64,000 nt of DNA from Protoeuglena noctilucae (GCA_958009085.1 OY253674.1:682001-746000), one strand, 5' to 3'; positions 52,272 through 64,000 are shown, counted from the stretch's first letter. Made by a program: numbers and translations. Notes: a model not told the origin generated them from the letters alone.

Positions 52272-53898
52272 TCAGTTGGGGAGGGCCGAGGTGTCGGCCT
52301 CGAAGCGGACGACGTACGTGAGGGTCCACGACTCGCGGCAGTTATGGTGGGCGGGGCGCTCCTCATCAGAAAAGTTGCGGTGCTTGATGAAGTGCGTGGA
52401 GGCGCGCCAGTTTTTGATGCTCGCAAAGAGCACCTCGGGCGACAGGTTGCGCTTGTCGAAGGCTGCCACGACGTTGTAAACCAGCATCTTTGGCTTGGTG
52501 CGGTCGCCCAGGAACTGCAGGCAGATGCGCTGCCACTGGAGCGTCTTCAGGTAATTGGTGGCCTGCGGGCGGCGGAAGGGAGTTGTGTGCGTACGTAGCA
52601 GAGAATGGAGCTCAGCTGTCCTGCAGCGGCCGTCGTGGCCACCAGAAGCTAGTGGCATCACCATGAGGCAGAAGAGCATGTCCGCGTCGGCGACGGCCGC
52701 GGAAAGCTCGGGCGGGAAGGGCTTGAAGTCGTGGACGCAGATGTCGTTGAAGATGCCCCGGCGCAGGCCGTACTCGAGCGCGGGCCCCGAGATGTCCGAC
52801 GCCATGACGTGGATGCTGTGGCGGGGCACCAGCGGGGCGGCGTCGTCGGCCCAGATCTTCGTCGTCTCGTCCCAGCCCTGCGCGGGGGGCAGGGGGGCTC
52901 ACATTGTGGGCGAACGGGTGGGGATGGGCGTTCGTTCGGCACCAGGAGCCCTGCGGCGCAGTCACACCTTGTTGAACTTGTAAGCCAGGGTGGTGTTGCC
53001 GTAGAGGGCGCCGAACTCCACCGCAGAAAGGCTGCTCCGATTCGCCATGGGGAGGAAACGGGACATTTCGTCCTGGATGATCTCGCGAAAGCGATCCTGC
53101 GGGGGCGGAGTCGTCGCCCACGGTTGGGCGTTAGGGCGAGGATCACACTCTGGCAGTGGTATGCCAGGGTCATCGAAGCCGGGCATCGGCGGGGCGGTGA
53201 AGCACTGCTGCGAGTGTGGGTCCAGCCCCGCGAAAGTACCACGAAAGGCTAGATCTTGTTGTGCACAGCGCCAAGTGAGGGCCAAAAGGAAGCCATGGAA
53301 GCGGGCGGCTCCCAGCTTCAGCATGGGGATGGCCGTCGCCGCTCATGGTCGAGGTCCCCCCCCACTGCACCAGTAGAGCGGTATACTGGCATAAAGAGCA
53401 TCGCATCGGATGCAATACAATCATTATGAGCGATATGGCAGGCGTGATGTGGCTGGAAAGCAGCCGCGTGACCCAGGAGGGGTGCAAAGGCCCAGGGTGA
53501 AGCGGCCCGGAGTTCGGGCAGGGGACGTAGCTAACAGCCCCGTTCTCCACCCGAGTCCTCGCAGTAAGAATTATGCGGCCAGTCGATGGCGGCGTCGACG
53601 GCTCTCGCGCCCGCGATGCGCGCTGAGGCTCCAGTGAGTGTGTGGGGATGGCACGGCGAATCCCGGGCACTTCAGCCCCGATGCCACCCGCCACGACATC
53701 AAACTAGCTCATATAATCACCTGGTAGTGGCCATAGTCGAGCTTCCCGAGCGCTGTAGCGTAGTCCTGGGGCGTCTCCTTCGTGTACGTGGCGGTCCGTC
53801 TTCTTTGCGGTCATGCTGCCACGGAGCTTTTCATCGTAAAGCGCGTCCCGGCTGGCCGTCTGGCCGTTCGCCTGCTTTGGGCTCGACGTGTTCGTCAT
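52272..53898 (-). pseudogene. Bacterial-like class I SAM-dependent methyltransferase with an apparent frameshift in exon 1 (pseudogene or assembly error)
   Basis: KKTD/+1 nt/ATYTKETPQDYATALGKLDY, AVEFGALYG (motif I-like), VMASDISGPALEYG (motif II-like), DADMLFCL and FIKHRNFSDEE. The frame breaks at about 53793. Confidence 0.65.
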
Positions 53899-54223
53899 CC
53901 TTGGCGAGGAAAAGGCGGTGTGGGTTCTCTCTTCCGCTCGTGACCAAAGTAATTGAGGCCATGGAGGGTTCCACTGGATGCTATGAGCGAGACAGTCAGA
54001 TTGGTCAATGAGAACCCTACCCCAGGCGGGCTCGCGCAAGAGAAGCCGGGCCCGCCCAATATTGGCTCACACCAACGGCGCTAGCACGCGGGAAAAGCTG
54101 GAGTGGCATAAATACGCGCAGACACCGCTCCCGCCTTAGAAACCGTCGCTGCGCTCTTTGCGGCTCGCGCGGCGCCGGAGATGCCGCGGGGGGCGGCTGC
54201 GCGTCCTACCCCGGAGAAGGATC

Positions 54224-56550
54224 ATGTCGTGTATGCGCAGGTACCTATTATGCCCGGTTTGTTCGCACGAGCGCTTCAAAGCCTGCGAAGCACAGTCGGC
54301 AGAGCGTGGAGCGTGTCGTTGTGCGCAGGACACGCACGTCCCCGACGTCCTGGCGCACATGCATCGTGAAGGCTATCTGGATGATGGCGTCATCACGCAC
54401 CGGCCCCCGCCCAAGCGCCGGGAACGCCCTCACACTGTCGCCCTGGAAGGGAAGGTCTCCGGCCGGTCTACGATCTCGTGGAAGATCAACGGCGTAGACC
54501 AGCGCTTTGTAGGACCGCGGGCGCTCTCGCAGGTCCATGCCGCACTCGTCAACGCGGACGGGCAGCTGAAGACGAAGACGAAGGTGTGGTCCGCCAGGAC
54601 TGCTTGCCGATGCAAGGCTGAGGCTGAGACTCTCTCCATGCCAACTATCGTCATGTGCCGATGCTCTCAGAACGCCCTCTACGACTTCTACGCCGGCGGG
54701 AAGAGCCTCCACGCCCTCCGCGCCCTCTTCTTTCGGGAGCGCTACGTGCCCGGCACAATCGAGCCTCTGTACAAGGGCACCCGCGTCACGTGGCTGGGCG
54801 ACGGACGGATAGCCCCCATCGAGGCCGTGGTCGCGAAGGTGGATGCCACGAAGCCCCAAGATCGGAGCCGTGCCCAGGGCGTGAGCTTGACGGTCACGAG
54901 GCTGCGGCGCGGGGCTCAGAAGGGGAGCACGATCTGCAAGCTGTCCCCGGCCGCATTCCACCAGGTGAGTGACGCACCAGGGCGGTGTCGATGCGCTCTC
55001 CATAAAGGTGGGGTGCTCCACGGCAGCATGGCGACCCTTACCGACGCCGTTCCTGCTGCAGGGCATCGATGCATGGACGATCCAGGTCACACAGTGGGCA
55101 AAGCAGGGGCTTGCTCTGCGCGTGTACGAGGGGAGGCAGAGCACTTGGAGCGGGGTTGCGGGTGCGGGTGCGGGTGTGGGTGTGGGTGCGGGTGCAGGTG
55201 CGGGTGCGGGTGCGGGTGCGGGTGCGGGTGCGGGTGCGGGTGGCCGGAAGCGAAAGGCGGCAAGGGACGCGGGGGGGTGTCAGCGGCCTGCGAAGGCCCG
55301 GCGGCGCAGCAACGGCGAGAAGAGGGCTCAGAGCGAGGACGAGGGCACCGCTGCCCCGGTGAAGGTGCCCCGGCTCTACCGGCCCTCGAATGGCACGACA
55401 TCTGAGGGCGCCATGGTGGCGGTGTGGACGGCGTGGGGGAGGGGCAGAAATTGCAAGCTTGCGCTGGTGGGACGCGTTTTGGGCGAGAAAGGCGAGCGAC
55501 GGCCACGCATGCGCCGCTTGCACTTGGCTGTGTCTACAAGCATTGACCGAGCAATGGCTGTGTGGCCGTTGCAGAGAAGGAGATGTGGGCTAAGGGTGCC
55601 GCGAGTAAGGTGTGCCTGGCGGTGTGGCGCTCTGGCTTCTCTGCGCTGGACGGAGGGACGTGGAACTTCAGCGGGCGCCCTGCGGCAGACGAGCACGACA
55701 TCCGAGAGCTGCTGGACTCTTTGGCGGGCCTCGATGAGATGATGGCTGCGCTGGGGCCCATATGCACGGCATGGGAGCAAGCGGGGGACCAGCCGTCAAA
55801 CCGGCCGATGCGCGCCTGGCTTGTCTACGAGCTCCTTTGTGCGACGTACCAGACGCCAACCGTCATGTCCGAGCTCTTTAACCATGAATGCGTCCCAGAA
55901 TGGGTAAGCATTCCGCCCTGGCACCCATCCCATGCGCATGACCTGCGCGGGCGCCCCTCGCATTCATGCCAGGCCCACGCTGCCCGCAGCTCCACAGAAA
56001 GTCGCGCATGTTCCCGTCCGATTGGCTGGGAGAGTTCACAACGTGCGAGGATCCGCACCGCGACGAGAGGCGGTCGTGGGGGGCGTCTGACTGGGCCAGG
56101 GCGTTCCACAAGGTCAAACGGGAGATGGCCGACCTTTGCGTCCAGGGCGCGCCTTTGCTGGCGCACCAACACAGCGGGGAGCAGAGCGACGATGAGGACG
56201 AGGAGGACGAGCAGGTGGATGATAAGAAGCAGAGTGATGGAGAGGAGGAGGAGGGTGCAGAGGGGCAGAGCAACGGGGGTGGAGAGGGTGGCGAGGAGGG
56301 GAGTGGCGAGAGGCACAGCTACAGGGCTGGAGACGGTGGCGAGGAGCGCAGGGGCGAGGAGGGCCAGGTGGACCTGGCGCACGCGCCGGGTGCAAGCGAC
56401 GAGTCCCAGAGGTACGGGCTGCGGGTGGTGGACCACGAGGAGAGCGAGGGGACGGAGCTTTCCACTGAGGACTCCATCCCTGCCACCGTTGCGGTGGAGG
56501 GACTTGATGATATCAATGGAGAGTGCAACAGCGGGCCAGCGGTGGCGTAG
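54224..56550 (+). CDS. Hypothetical multi-exon protein with Ala-Gly repeat, basic NLS-like stretch and acidic tail
   Basis: Phase-compatible exons from ORFs 54158, 54969, 55562 and 55966. Contains GRKRKAAR and an Asp/Glu-rich C-terminus. I recognise no family. Confidence 0.6.
55158..55241. repeat. Coding hexanucleotide microsatellite (GCGGGT)~14 encoding Ala-Gly
   Basis: Directly visible, with a few GTGGGT/GCAGGT variants. Confidence 0.95.
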
Positions 56551-56722
56551 TGGGATGTGTAGAGAGACTCAATTGTGCTCGGTAGGGTTTGGGCGGATAG
56601 CGATGTCGTGGCTTGCCGGCCTTTGCAGCATACGGGCCTGACACAGCAGTCGTCTTCGGCATTTGAAGAGCACAGCAGACTAGCCACCTATGCTCGCTCC
56701 CATCGGAGCATGGTGGTCGCAG

Positions 56723-58575
56723 TCAGGGAGAGGCGGTGCCGGCCCCCGCTGCTGGGGCGGCGTCAACCCCGGCGGCCGATGCCTGGATGATGGGGCCGAG
56801 CCCCTGCGCCGACCAGCCCTGGGGCGTCATCTGCCGGTAATAAGGCTCCTTGAGGTCGAAGACGCCACTCGACTCGACCCCGTCCGCGCCCACGAGCGAG
56901 ACGTGGACGTCGTACGACTGCCGGCGGTGCGCCACCAAGCGGACGCTCCCCGTGACCGTCTGCCCGACCACCACGGAGACTGCGGAGGGACGCGGGCGGG
57001 GCAGCTGAGAGGTCACGAAGCAGAAGGAGATGCTTAGGAGAGTGATGGAGCCCCACACCCCCCCCCCCCCCCCGCTTCTTGCCTGGCTTGGCCAGCACGC
57101 ATCGCAGCTGGTACCAGTGCGTGGTGGGCAGCCCCGGGGCGGTGGAGAGCGTCACTCTCTGCGAGGACCCGTCGAAGACGACGTCGAACCAGCACGCGAT
57201 GCCGTGACAGGGCCCCGTGGCGAAGGCCTGGAGCTGGATGGGGACCGAGATGACGTGGAGCTCCTCCTCATCCATCGTCTGCGCGGAAGAGAAGAAGACA
57301 ATGTCTCAATTAGTCAGTGCCATTTACCCGGTTGCACTCGGGCATCGGGGTCTTTCTTTCGATCCCCGGGGCCCCACCTCAAAGTCCATCGGGAAGGACA
57401 CGACGTCCGAGAGCAGGACGTTGGGGCTGAAGGCGTCGATGACGCACTGGCCGTACGACGCCTTCGTGGCTGCCTCGTGGAGGCTGCTGAGGTCGACGCC
57501 ATAGAAGTGGGAGCCCCAGAACGACACGCGCTGCCCCATCTCGGCGTGCAGCACGTCTTCGCGGAAAAGACCGAAGTAGATGCTGGCGGTCGTGGGGAAC
57601 ATCCGGCCCCCGGGGCGCATGAAGTGCTTGCGGGCGTAGATGTACGACTCCAGCATGCGCTCGTTCACCAGCAGCGTGCCTGCAAGGGACCGGGAGGTGG
57701 GGTATCTTCTCCCTACACAAGGCCAGCCAGGGATGGGCCGCATCACCCGCACGCCATCCTCACCCATGGGCTCAGAAATGATCACATCCACCGGCTCTGG
57801 CACGACCACCTCCTCCACCTTGCCATGCAGCACCTCGATGCGCGAGCCCAGCAGCGGGTTGCCGTCCGCGAGCGTCCGAGCGTGCCGCGCCATGGCGCTG
57901 GCCTCCACGGCGTACACGCGGCGCGCGCCGGCCTGCACCGCGAAGAGGCTGAGGATGGCGGACCCGGCGCCGACGTCGAGCACGACCTTGCCGTGGAAGT
58001 CCTTGGCGTTGCTCATGATGGCGCCGAAGTACGTCCCGGTGCGGACGACGTCCTGCAGCATGTTTTGCTGGTTCAGAAGTCCGCTGTAGTAATGGAACAC
58101 CGCCTCCGCCGAGGCTGGGTCCGTCCGCTGCATGAAGGCGCTCGTGCTGGCGGATGCCGTCCGTCCCTTCAGCCAGTCCAAGAAGGATCGCTGCGGGGAG
58201 CGGGCGCATGCCCCTGAGTGCTCTCGGACGCTGGCCAGTGAGGGCGGCGTGGCGAGGGCAGCGACGTGCTGCGGCGCGATGCCTCGCCTTCCGGTCCGCT
58301 GAGTCCTCCCCCTCAAACGTTACCAACACTGCGCCGTCATTCTCGATATTCACGATCGCTGCGTCCGGGCCGGCGGACGCGAACGAGCCCACAGCCACAT
58401 CCAGGGCGGCGACCCTCGTGCCCCATTCCGCGAGGGCCCGCCCGTCTGCGCCGAGCCCCCAGGAGAGCCGCTGCCCCGTGTGCTCCTTGCCGTTCCGAAG
58501 CTGGGAAAGATCGGGGCTCTGGCCGCGCAGAGGCTCGACGCGCGCCACCGCGCTGCCCACTTGCGTCTTGATCAT
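56723..58575 (-). CDS. PRMT4: Protein arginine methyltransferase 4 (CARM1), 5 exons
   Basis: FHYYSGLLNQQNMLQD, VLDVGAGS, YAVEAS, IISEPMG|TLLVNERMLESY, TTHWYQ and DLKEPYYR, with a PH-like N-terminal exon. Confidence 0.95.
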
Positions 58576-58615
58576 CGCCCACGCCCCGTCGTCGGCGGCG
58601 GCGCCAGTGCCCCTG

Positions 58616-59144
58616 TCACTCTTGCTGCCTCGTTAATTGCAGGCCGACCCGGCTCGCAGCCCGCGCGGCCGCGTCGGCGGCCGATTTCTCTGCGACCGAG
58701 ACGGCACCAGGACGAGTTCCGCGCGGCGGCCCTTCGCCAGCTCGAGAGCGTGCCCGTGGATGGCGAGATGCGCGTGCTCATGCGCAGCTGGACTCGCCCG
58801 TGGAGATGTTGTAGGAGACGAGTAGATCCTTGTGGGCGTGCACGCTCTCCAGCAGGGCCGCGTAGTCGTCCGCGAGGCGCAAGAGCTGTGCGGCCTCCTC
58901 AGGACTCCTGGTCTTCCGGAACTCTTCACGCGCAAAGTCACGCCACGACCTGCGGCGAAGGATCGACATCGGCGCGCCGTCGCGAGGTCGCGTCACTGAT
59001 GTTGGACATCTCCCGCCTCTCCTCGCTTGCATAGCGCTCATCGGCACCTCTCGGGAGCTTGTCTTACCGATCAGAGTTGACAAGCGTCACTCGCGCGTCA
59101 ATCGCCCGCAAGACCCTTCGGTACGTGGCCCTCCACGCCATCAT
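58616..59144 (-). CDS. FMC1: FMC1-like mitochondrial ATP synthase assembly factor (LYR-related), 100 aa, 3 exons
   Basis: Exons 59144-59068, 58949-58798 and 58689-58616 give MMAWRATYRRVLRAID...WRDFAREEFRK...ADDYAALLESVHAHKDLLVSYNISTEKSAADAAARAASRVGLQL...*. Confidence 0.8.
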
Positions 59145-59404
59145 CCAACTCGTAACAAGAAAGGACTGATCGCGGCCACGTTTGGCGCCTGTGACATGCG
59201 AAGCAGCACCATACACTACCGTGGGAGTCGTCGACGAGCGGAGAATCGCCATCTGTGCGACAGACCCTCCCGATGTCGGTCGTGCCAGCGCAACGACCCG
59301 AATTTTCAACAATGCCCGGCCAATGACCCATGATACCATTGGGCAGCACAGCAGTTCACCCGCAGCCGTACGTCCAGCTAGATTGGCGCATCTAGCTGCC
59401 GCCG

Positions 59405-60166
59405 TCACGCGAGCCCCTCGCACACGCAGTCGACCATGCTCTCTGCGAGGAGGGAGTGGATGCCGCCGCACCGTGGCTGCCGCAATGTTTGCCGTCGTCA
59501 GTCTGCAAGTAACCCTCATCTGCACTCACCCAAACTCTGCAGCAACACCTCCCTCTGGCGGGGACATTCCGACCTGGCGAGCGCCCGCTTCGATCGGTCC
59601 AGCAACACGAGGCACGGCACGGTTTGCACCCCGTAGATCAGGACCTCCGGGGCCCAGAATTTATGGTCTGCGTTGATCCTGGGCGCAAGCGATGGTCCTT
59701 GGGTTCCCTGGAATGCCCAAGCCCCGGCTTGCCTGCGTGTCGCTTTCCGCCTCTGTTCTAGGTTAGCTTGCCCTTGCCTGACGATATTCGCCCTGCCAAG
59801 CAGCCTTTCTTGGGCGCTCTCAATGTCTTGATGCAAGCTCTTGCACACATCACACACGGAGGAGTGGAAGAAGAGCAACGTCGGATGGCTCGACGAAAGG
59901 GCTGCGGGCAGCAAGTCGGCAGGGGCGTCGCCGATCTCACAGGCAGCCAGACGCGAGCACTCCGCCCATCGCAGCTCGCGCAGGACATCACCTCGAGCAA
60001 CAGCCAGCTCCTCCTCGCAGGCTGTGCGCAAGTGCCACGGCCGCGCACCAGGCAGGCCCGCTTCCTTCCTTCCGTCGCGATGGTGACTCTTCTTGAATTT
60101 GCCTTCCACGACGCCTCTCAAGCGCAAGAATATCGACTGGACGCCGCGCAGCACGTCGTCGATCAT
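59405..60166 (-). CDS. Thioredoxin-like protein (HCF164-like)
   Basis: PTLLFFHSSVCDVCKSL (CxxC), then INADHKFWAPEVLIYGVQTVPCLVLLD (cis-Pro motif). The start and last exon are inferred. Confidence 0.75.
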
Positions 60167-60422
60167 GGCATGAGCGAGGACAGGCAAGAGCGCACGCAGG
60201 CAGCGATGCCAGTGGCCATCGTGGCTTCCAGACAACGAGGGTGATTGGGCATACCACGGCGAAGCCAGGCGCAGCGACTCGGTTACGGATTCTTGCGCTT
60301 CCAAGCCAGAGCACCCGCCGGAGAAAGCGTTTGACGCTCGCCCGTCGGTGACCGTGCGCAGTCGTCATCTCAATCACTGCAGTTGCCTCCTCGCGCCGCG
60401 GATCAGCGGTCTAGCGCTGAGC

Positions 60423-61401
60423 ATGCTCACGACCCTTGGGCGCTCGACTTTGGCGCGATTTCTCGTCCCCAAGAAGCCGGCCATCGTCCATCGGGAGGCA
60501 TCGAAGCTGAATAGGACATCGCCGGCTGGTGAGCCGCTCTCGGGTGCTCCCTGACCATGCTCAGGAAGTGTGGCCTGCGAGACCCGACGCCCCTCCTTCT
60601 CAGGCCCGGCCCGGCGCGGTGCCTCCACGAACGCCATGTCGTCGGACCTGCGCTTCCAATATCCCCAGCCGCTGGTGACGCCGGCGACCGAGCAGCATAC
60701 CGCCACGGTCATCATGCTGCACGGGCTGGGGGACCGCGGGAGCGGCTGGGCCGAGATCGGGCACGGCCTCCGGATGCCGTGGTGCAAGTTTGTCTTCCCT
60801 ACTGCTCCTACGCGGCCAATCACCCTCAACGGCGGCTACCGCATGACGGGCTGGTACGATATTGCGAGCCTCGACAAGCTGAGCGACGCGGGGGACGATG
60901 AGGAGGGTGTGCGGGACAGCGTGCGTTATGTGGAAAGCCTGATTGACCAGGAAGTAGCCGCTGGCATTCCCTCCGAGCGCATCGTGGTCGGCGGCTTCAG
61001 CCAGGGCGGTGCTGTGGCGCTGATGATGCTCCGCTCACCCCGCAAGCTGGCGGCCATCCTCGCGCTCAGCACCTACCTGATGCTGCGGTGAGGGCCCGGG
61101 ACGACGTCGCATTGCTCTGCCGCGCTTTCTCCGACGCACGCGACCCGTGCGCTCTCATCTACTTGCCTTCAGAAACGAGGCGCTCGTCAGCGCTGCGAAC
61201 GCGGCCACGCCCGTGTTCCAGGCGCATGGTGACATGGACCAGGTGGTCAATTTCGCTTTCGGGGACGCGACGCGCCAGGCACTGCAGGCTGCCGGTGTCC
61301 CGGTCGACTTCCACGTGTACCCGGGCATGCCCCACTCGGCGTGCAACGAGGAAATCGAGGATCTGCGCAGCTTCCTGGTGGAGAAGATCCCTCGCACTTG
61401 A
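60423..61401 (+). CDS. APT1: Acyl-protein thioesterase 1 / lysophospholipase
   Basis: MLHGLGD, FPTAP, GWYDI, GGFSQGG, AHGDMDQVV and GMPHS. The core ATG is at 60636, and an upstream exon from ATG 60423 splices in frame. Confidence 0.93.
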
Positions 61402-61450
61402 AGTTGGGACGTCGCGATCTCAGTGGCTGCACTTGAACTTTCAACAGTGC

Positions 61451-64000
61451 TCAGGCACGCGCCTGGCCTGCCCCCTGTCCCGCCTGGGCCCACTTCTCAA
61501 GGCAAGCGAGCAAGCTGACTGAGGGCATGCCCACAGCGGGGGCCTGCGCAGGCAGCTGTGGCTTGGCCACGTGGCAGCCGCAGATGGTGCAGGCGGGGAG
61601 CCCCTTTGCCTGCGCCTCCACGTATTGGACATTGCACAGGCGGCAGGCGGCGGCGGGTGCCAGCCCCACGACCTGCGGGCGGTGACAAGGACGCCGCTTC
61701 ATGTCTCTGCGAGCGCGCCCAACCAAGCGCATTGCGCTGTGTAACATCAGAGACCAATCGGGCTGGGCCGGGGTTTGACCCAGTCACCCGACGCGACGTG
61801 GCCTGCCAGCGCGATGTGCTGCGAGCCCTCACCTGCAGCGTCGCCGGGCACACTTTGAGCGGCCCGCAGTGCACGCAGTCCGTCATGAGAAGCCCCTTTG
61901 GCCCAGGGCCTGGGGGCGATACCGACGCAGCCCCACACACCGGGCACGTGCCCCGCGGCCTGCCTTCCCCCGCGTTGCTTGGGCCCGCGGCCTGGGCGAT
62001 GGCAGACTCCGTGCGCCCGGCCAGGGTTAGGAGCTGCGAGTACGGTGGCGACTCATTGTCAGAACACACACAGCCCGGAGCACAGGCAGAGTCTGGGCCA
62101 TGCACATAAGACTAGTACTGGGCTACAGTGCAAGAGACTGATGCAATGGCGTCCATGTGTCATTTTCATTCGCGTATCTCACGTGGGCGGGCACTGGCTC
62201 GCCCCCCTCAGTCTCTCTCCGCGCCTTCTCCGCCGCCACCCACTGCACGGCACGGATGGCCGCCTCGGACGCCACCTGCGCCCCGTCCCTCTGCGCCAAC
62301 TCCATGACACTCGCAGCCGTCTGCTCCAGGGACCGGATGACACGCCCCACCAGCGACGCCAGCGGGGGGCCACGGCGGGGACCCGGGAGCCGCTCCACGT
62401 CAGGCATGGAATTGCAGACGCACCAGCAGTGAGGCGGCGCCTGCAAGAGCAGCTCAAGACCCACCGCCGCTCGCTGCCACGCGTCGGTGCGGGCGTCGCT
62501 GCTCTCGCTACCTGCCAGCAGGCCCGGGGCTGCCAGCAGGGCGTCCAGCACGTCCTGGCCGCACGTCGGCTCTGAATAGTCGCCGCCCTCCACCAGCCGC
62601 CGGCCCAGGAACCCGAACCCCAGTGCCCAAAGCATCGCAGGGGTCGGGGGCCCGGCATCCCTCAGGGCCTTGGCGATAGCGGGCGCGAGGGCGAACTTGG
62701 AGTCCTCGCCGCCGGGCTCTGCTCGCAGGCATGCCCGCACCCACCACAGGCCCCGGCAGGGCTGGGCAGGGGCCCCCTCCTCCGTCCCGGCTGCGGGCGG
62801 CTGCCCCGCGTCCCCGCGGTCCCGCACCGAGTAGAGGGAGAGCAGCGACCGGAAGATGCGAAGGTAGGCGTGGCCGCGTCCAGTGGAGGGGTGCCGGGTC
62901 ACCTCGATGTCCCTCACGATGGCGGATAGCGTGCCGGACGGGGATCGGCAAAGACACATAGGTGGAGACTGCCAGAGGAAAGCGAAGGGAGGTGATACAG
63001 GGTGGTATGACCCAGTCCCGCACACCAGGTCGGCGCCTGACTGGCGACATGGGTCGAGGCCGCTGACCATCGTTGCGCTCCCCGACCCTCACCTTAACCG
63101 CGGAGACCTCTGCCGGCTCGTCCAGAGGAGCAACGGTGCAATTTGTGCCACTTCCTTCTCTGACGAGTGCTAGCGCCACCTTGCCGCCCTCTGTGGCGAG
63201 CCGCACCGCAATCGCGGCCATGGGGTGCGTGCACCCAGGCCCAGCGGAGAGCGCCGTGGCCTGGACGACGAACCCCGACGGTCCGCGGAGCAGCGCGATG
63301 CCAGAGACGGGACAGGCGCTGACGGGCGCCATGGCTTGCGACACGCACGGGGCTTGCGTGGCGGGCACGTGCACAGGGACGTGCCAGGTCGCCACGCTCC
63401 CCAGCGCCGTCCCCGCGACGACCAGGAGCGCAGGCGAGTCGCCGCCGAGCGCAGCGGCGTCCACGGTCGTGAGGCCCTCCCCTGCCTCGCTAACTGCCGG
63501 GGTAAGGTACCCGGCGCTGAGCAGCGACAGACGCGTGGATAATCCCTCAGGACCTGCCCCACCCGCGGCGCCCTCGGCGCTGTCCCCGCCATCCACTCGC
63601 AGCACAGCCACCGTCCCGCAGCTTCCCACCGCCACCAGCACCAGCTCCCGCCCGCCAGGCCCATGGAGCCCCACCCACGTCATCGCCATGACCGTCCCCT
63701 GCACCGCCCTGCAAGACGCCGGGGCGCCCCATTCGAGGCCCACGGGCCCGTGAGCAGCAGGCACGACCGTCACCACGCCTGCGCGACTGCCCACTGCAAT
63801 GAAGGACCCCGCCGGCCGCGCTGCGTCGGGTCCCGCTTCTGGCCGACCCCCGTTCCCCGCTGCGGGTGCGCCAACGTGCCTCGCCGGAGACCACGCGACG
63901 CACGTGGCCTGCAGGAGACCCGCCCGCAACCCAAACACCCGCACGCGCTCGCGCGCAAAGGCGTTGGGGTTGACGCACCCCACCATAGGCGGCCGTGGCA
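61451..64000 (-). CDS. WD40-like protein with C-terminal Cys-rich zinc finger, resembling TFIIIC subunit GTF3C4; 5' end outside the window
   Basis: WD-like ATCVAWSP...IAVGSRAGVVTV, and C-terminal CPVCG...CVHCG...CPATLQ...CRLC...CTICGC. Confidence 0.5.

Overview
This is GC-rich, intron-dense eukaryotic nuclear DNA, most consistent with a flagellated green alga (plastid-type genes such as D27 and an HCF164-like thioredoxin, plus the ciliary gene CFAP96). I reconstructed about 27 tightly packed multi-exon genes by hand from the ORF track and splice signals. Recognisable ones are proteasome beta7, SAHH, ASC-1/TRIP4, D27, a KEG/KOC1-like pseudokinase, an ankyrin protein, CFAP96, Rab5, an Sfp-type PPTase, FolB, EBP1, Yos1, fructosamine-3-kinase-related protein, a Tim17-family protein, ELP6, p31comet, a CW-SET methyltransferase, a bacterial-like methyltransferase, PRMT4, FMC1, a thioredoxin, APT1 and a probable TFIIIC subunit. 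The main observations are: (1) a giant, probably SET-fused ORF carrying two exact copies of the ubiquitin C-terminus VLRLRGG written in different synonymous codons, a candidate deubiquitinase-processed polyprotein; (2) a FMC1-PRMT4 pair 40 nt apart with no intervening AUG, a candidate bicistronic mRNA; (3) a 4-kb nest of (CAT)n-tailed retroelements with target-site duplications, two with the target multiplied on the 5' side; (4) a high share of GC-AG introns; (5) a 5'-truncated poly(A) LINE with a 12-bp TSD; (6) a frameshifted bacterial-like methyltransferase. All family calls come from motif recognition, with no database search. Gene boundaries span introns and some are approximate.
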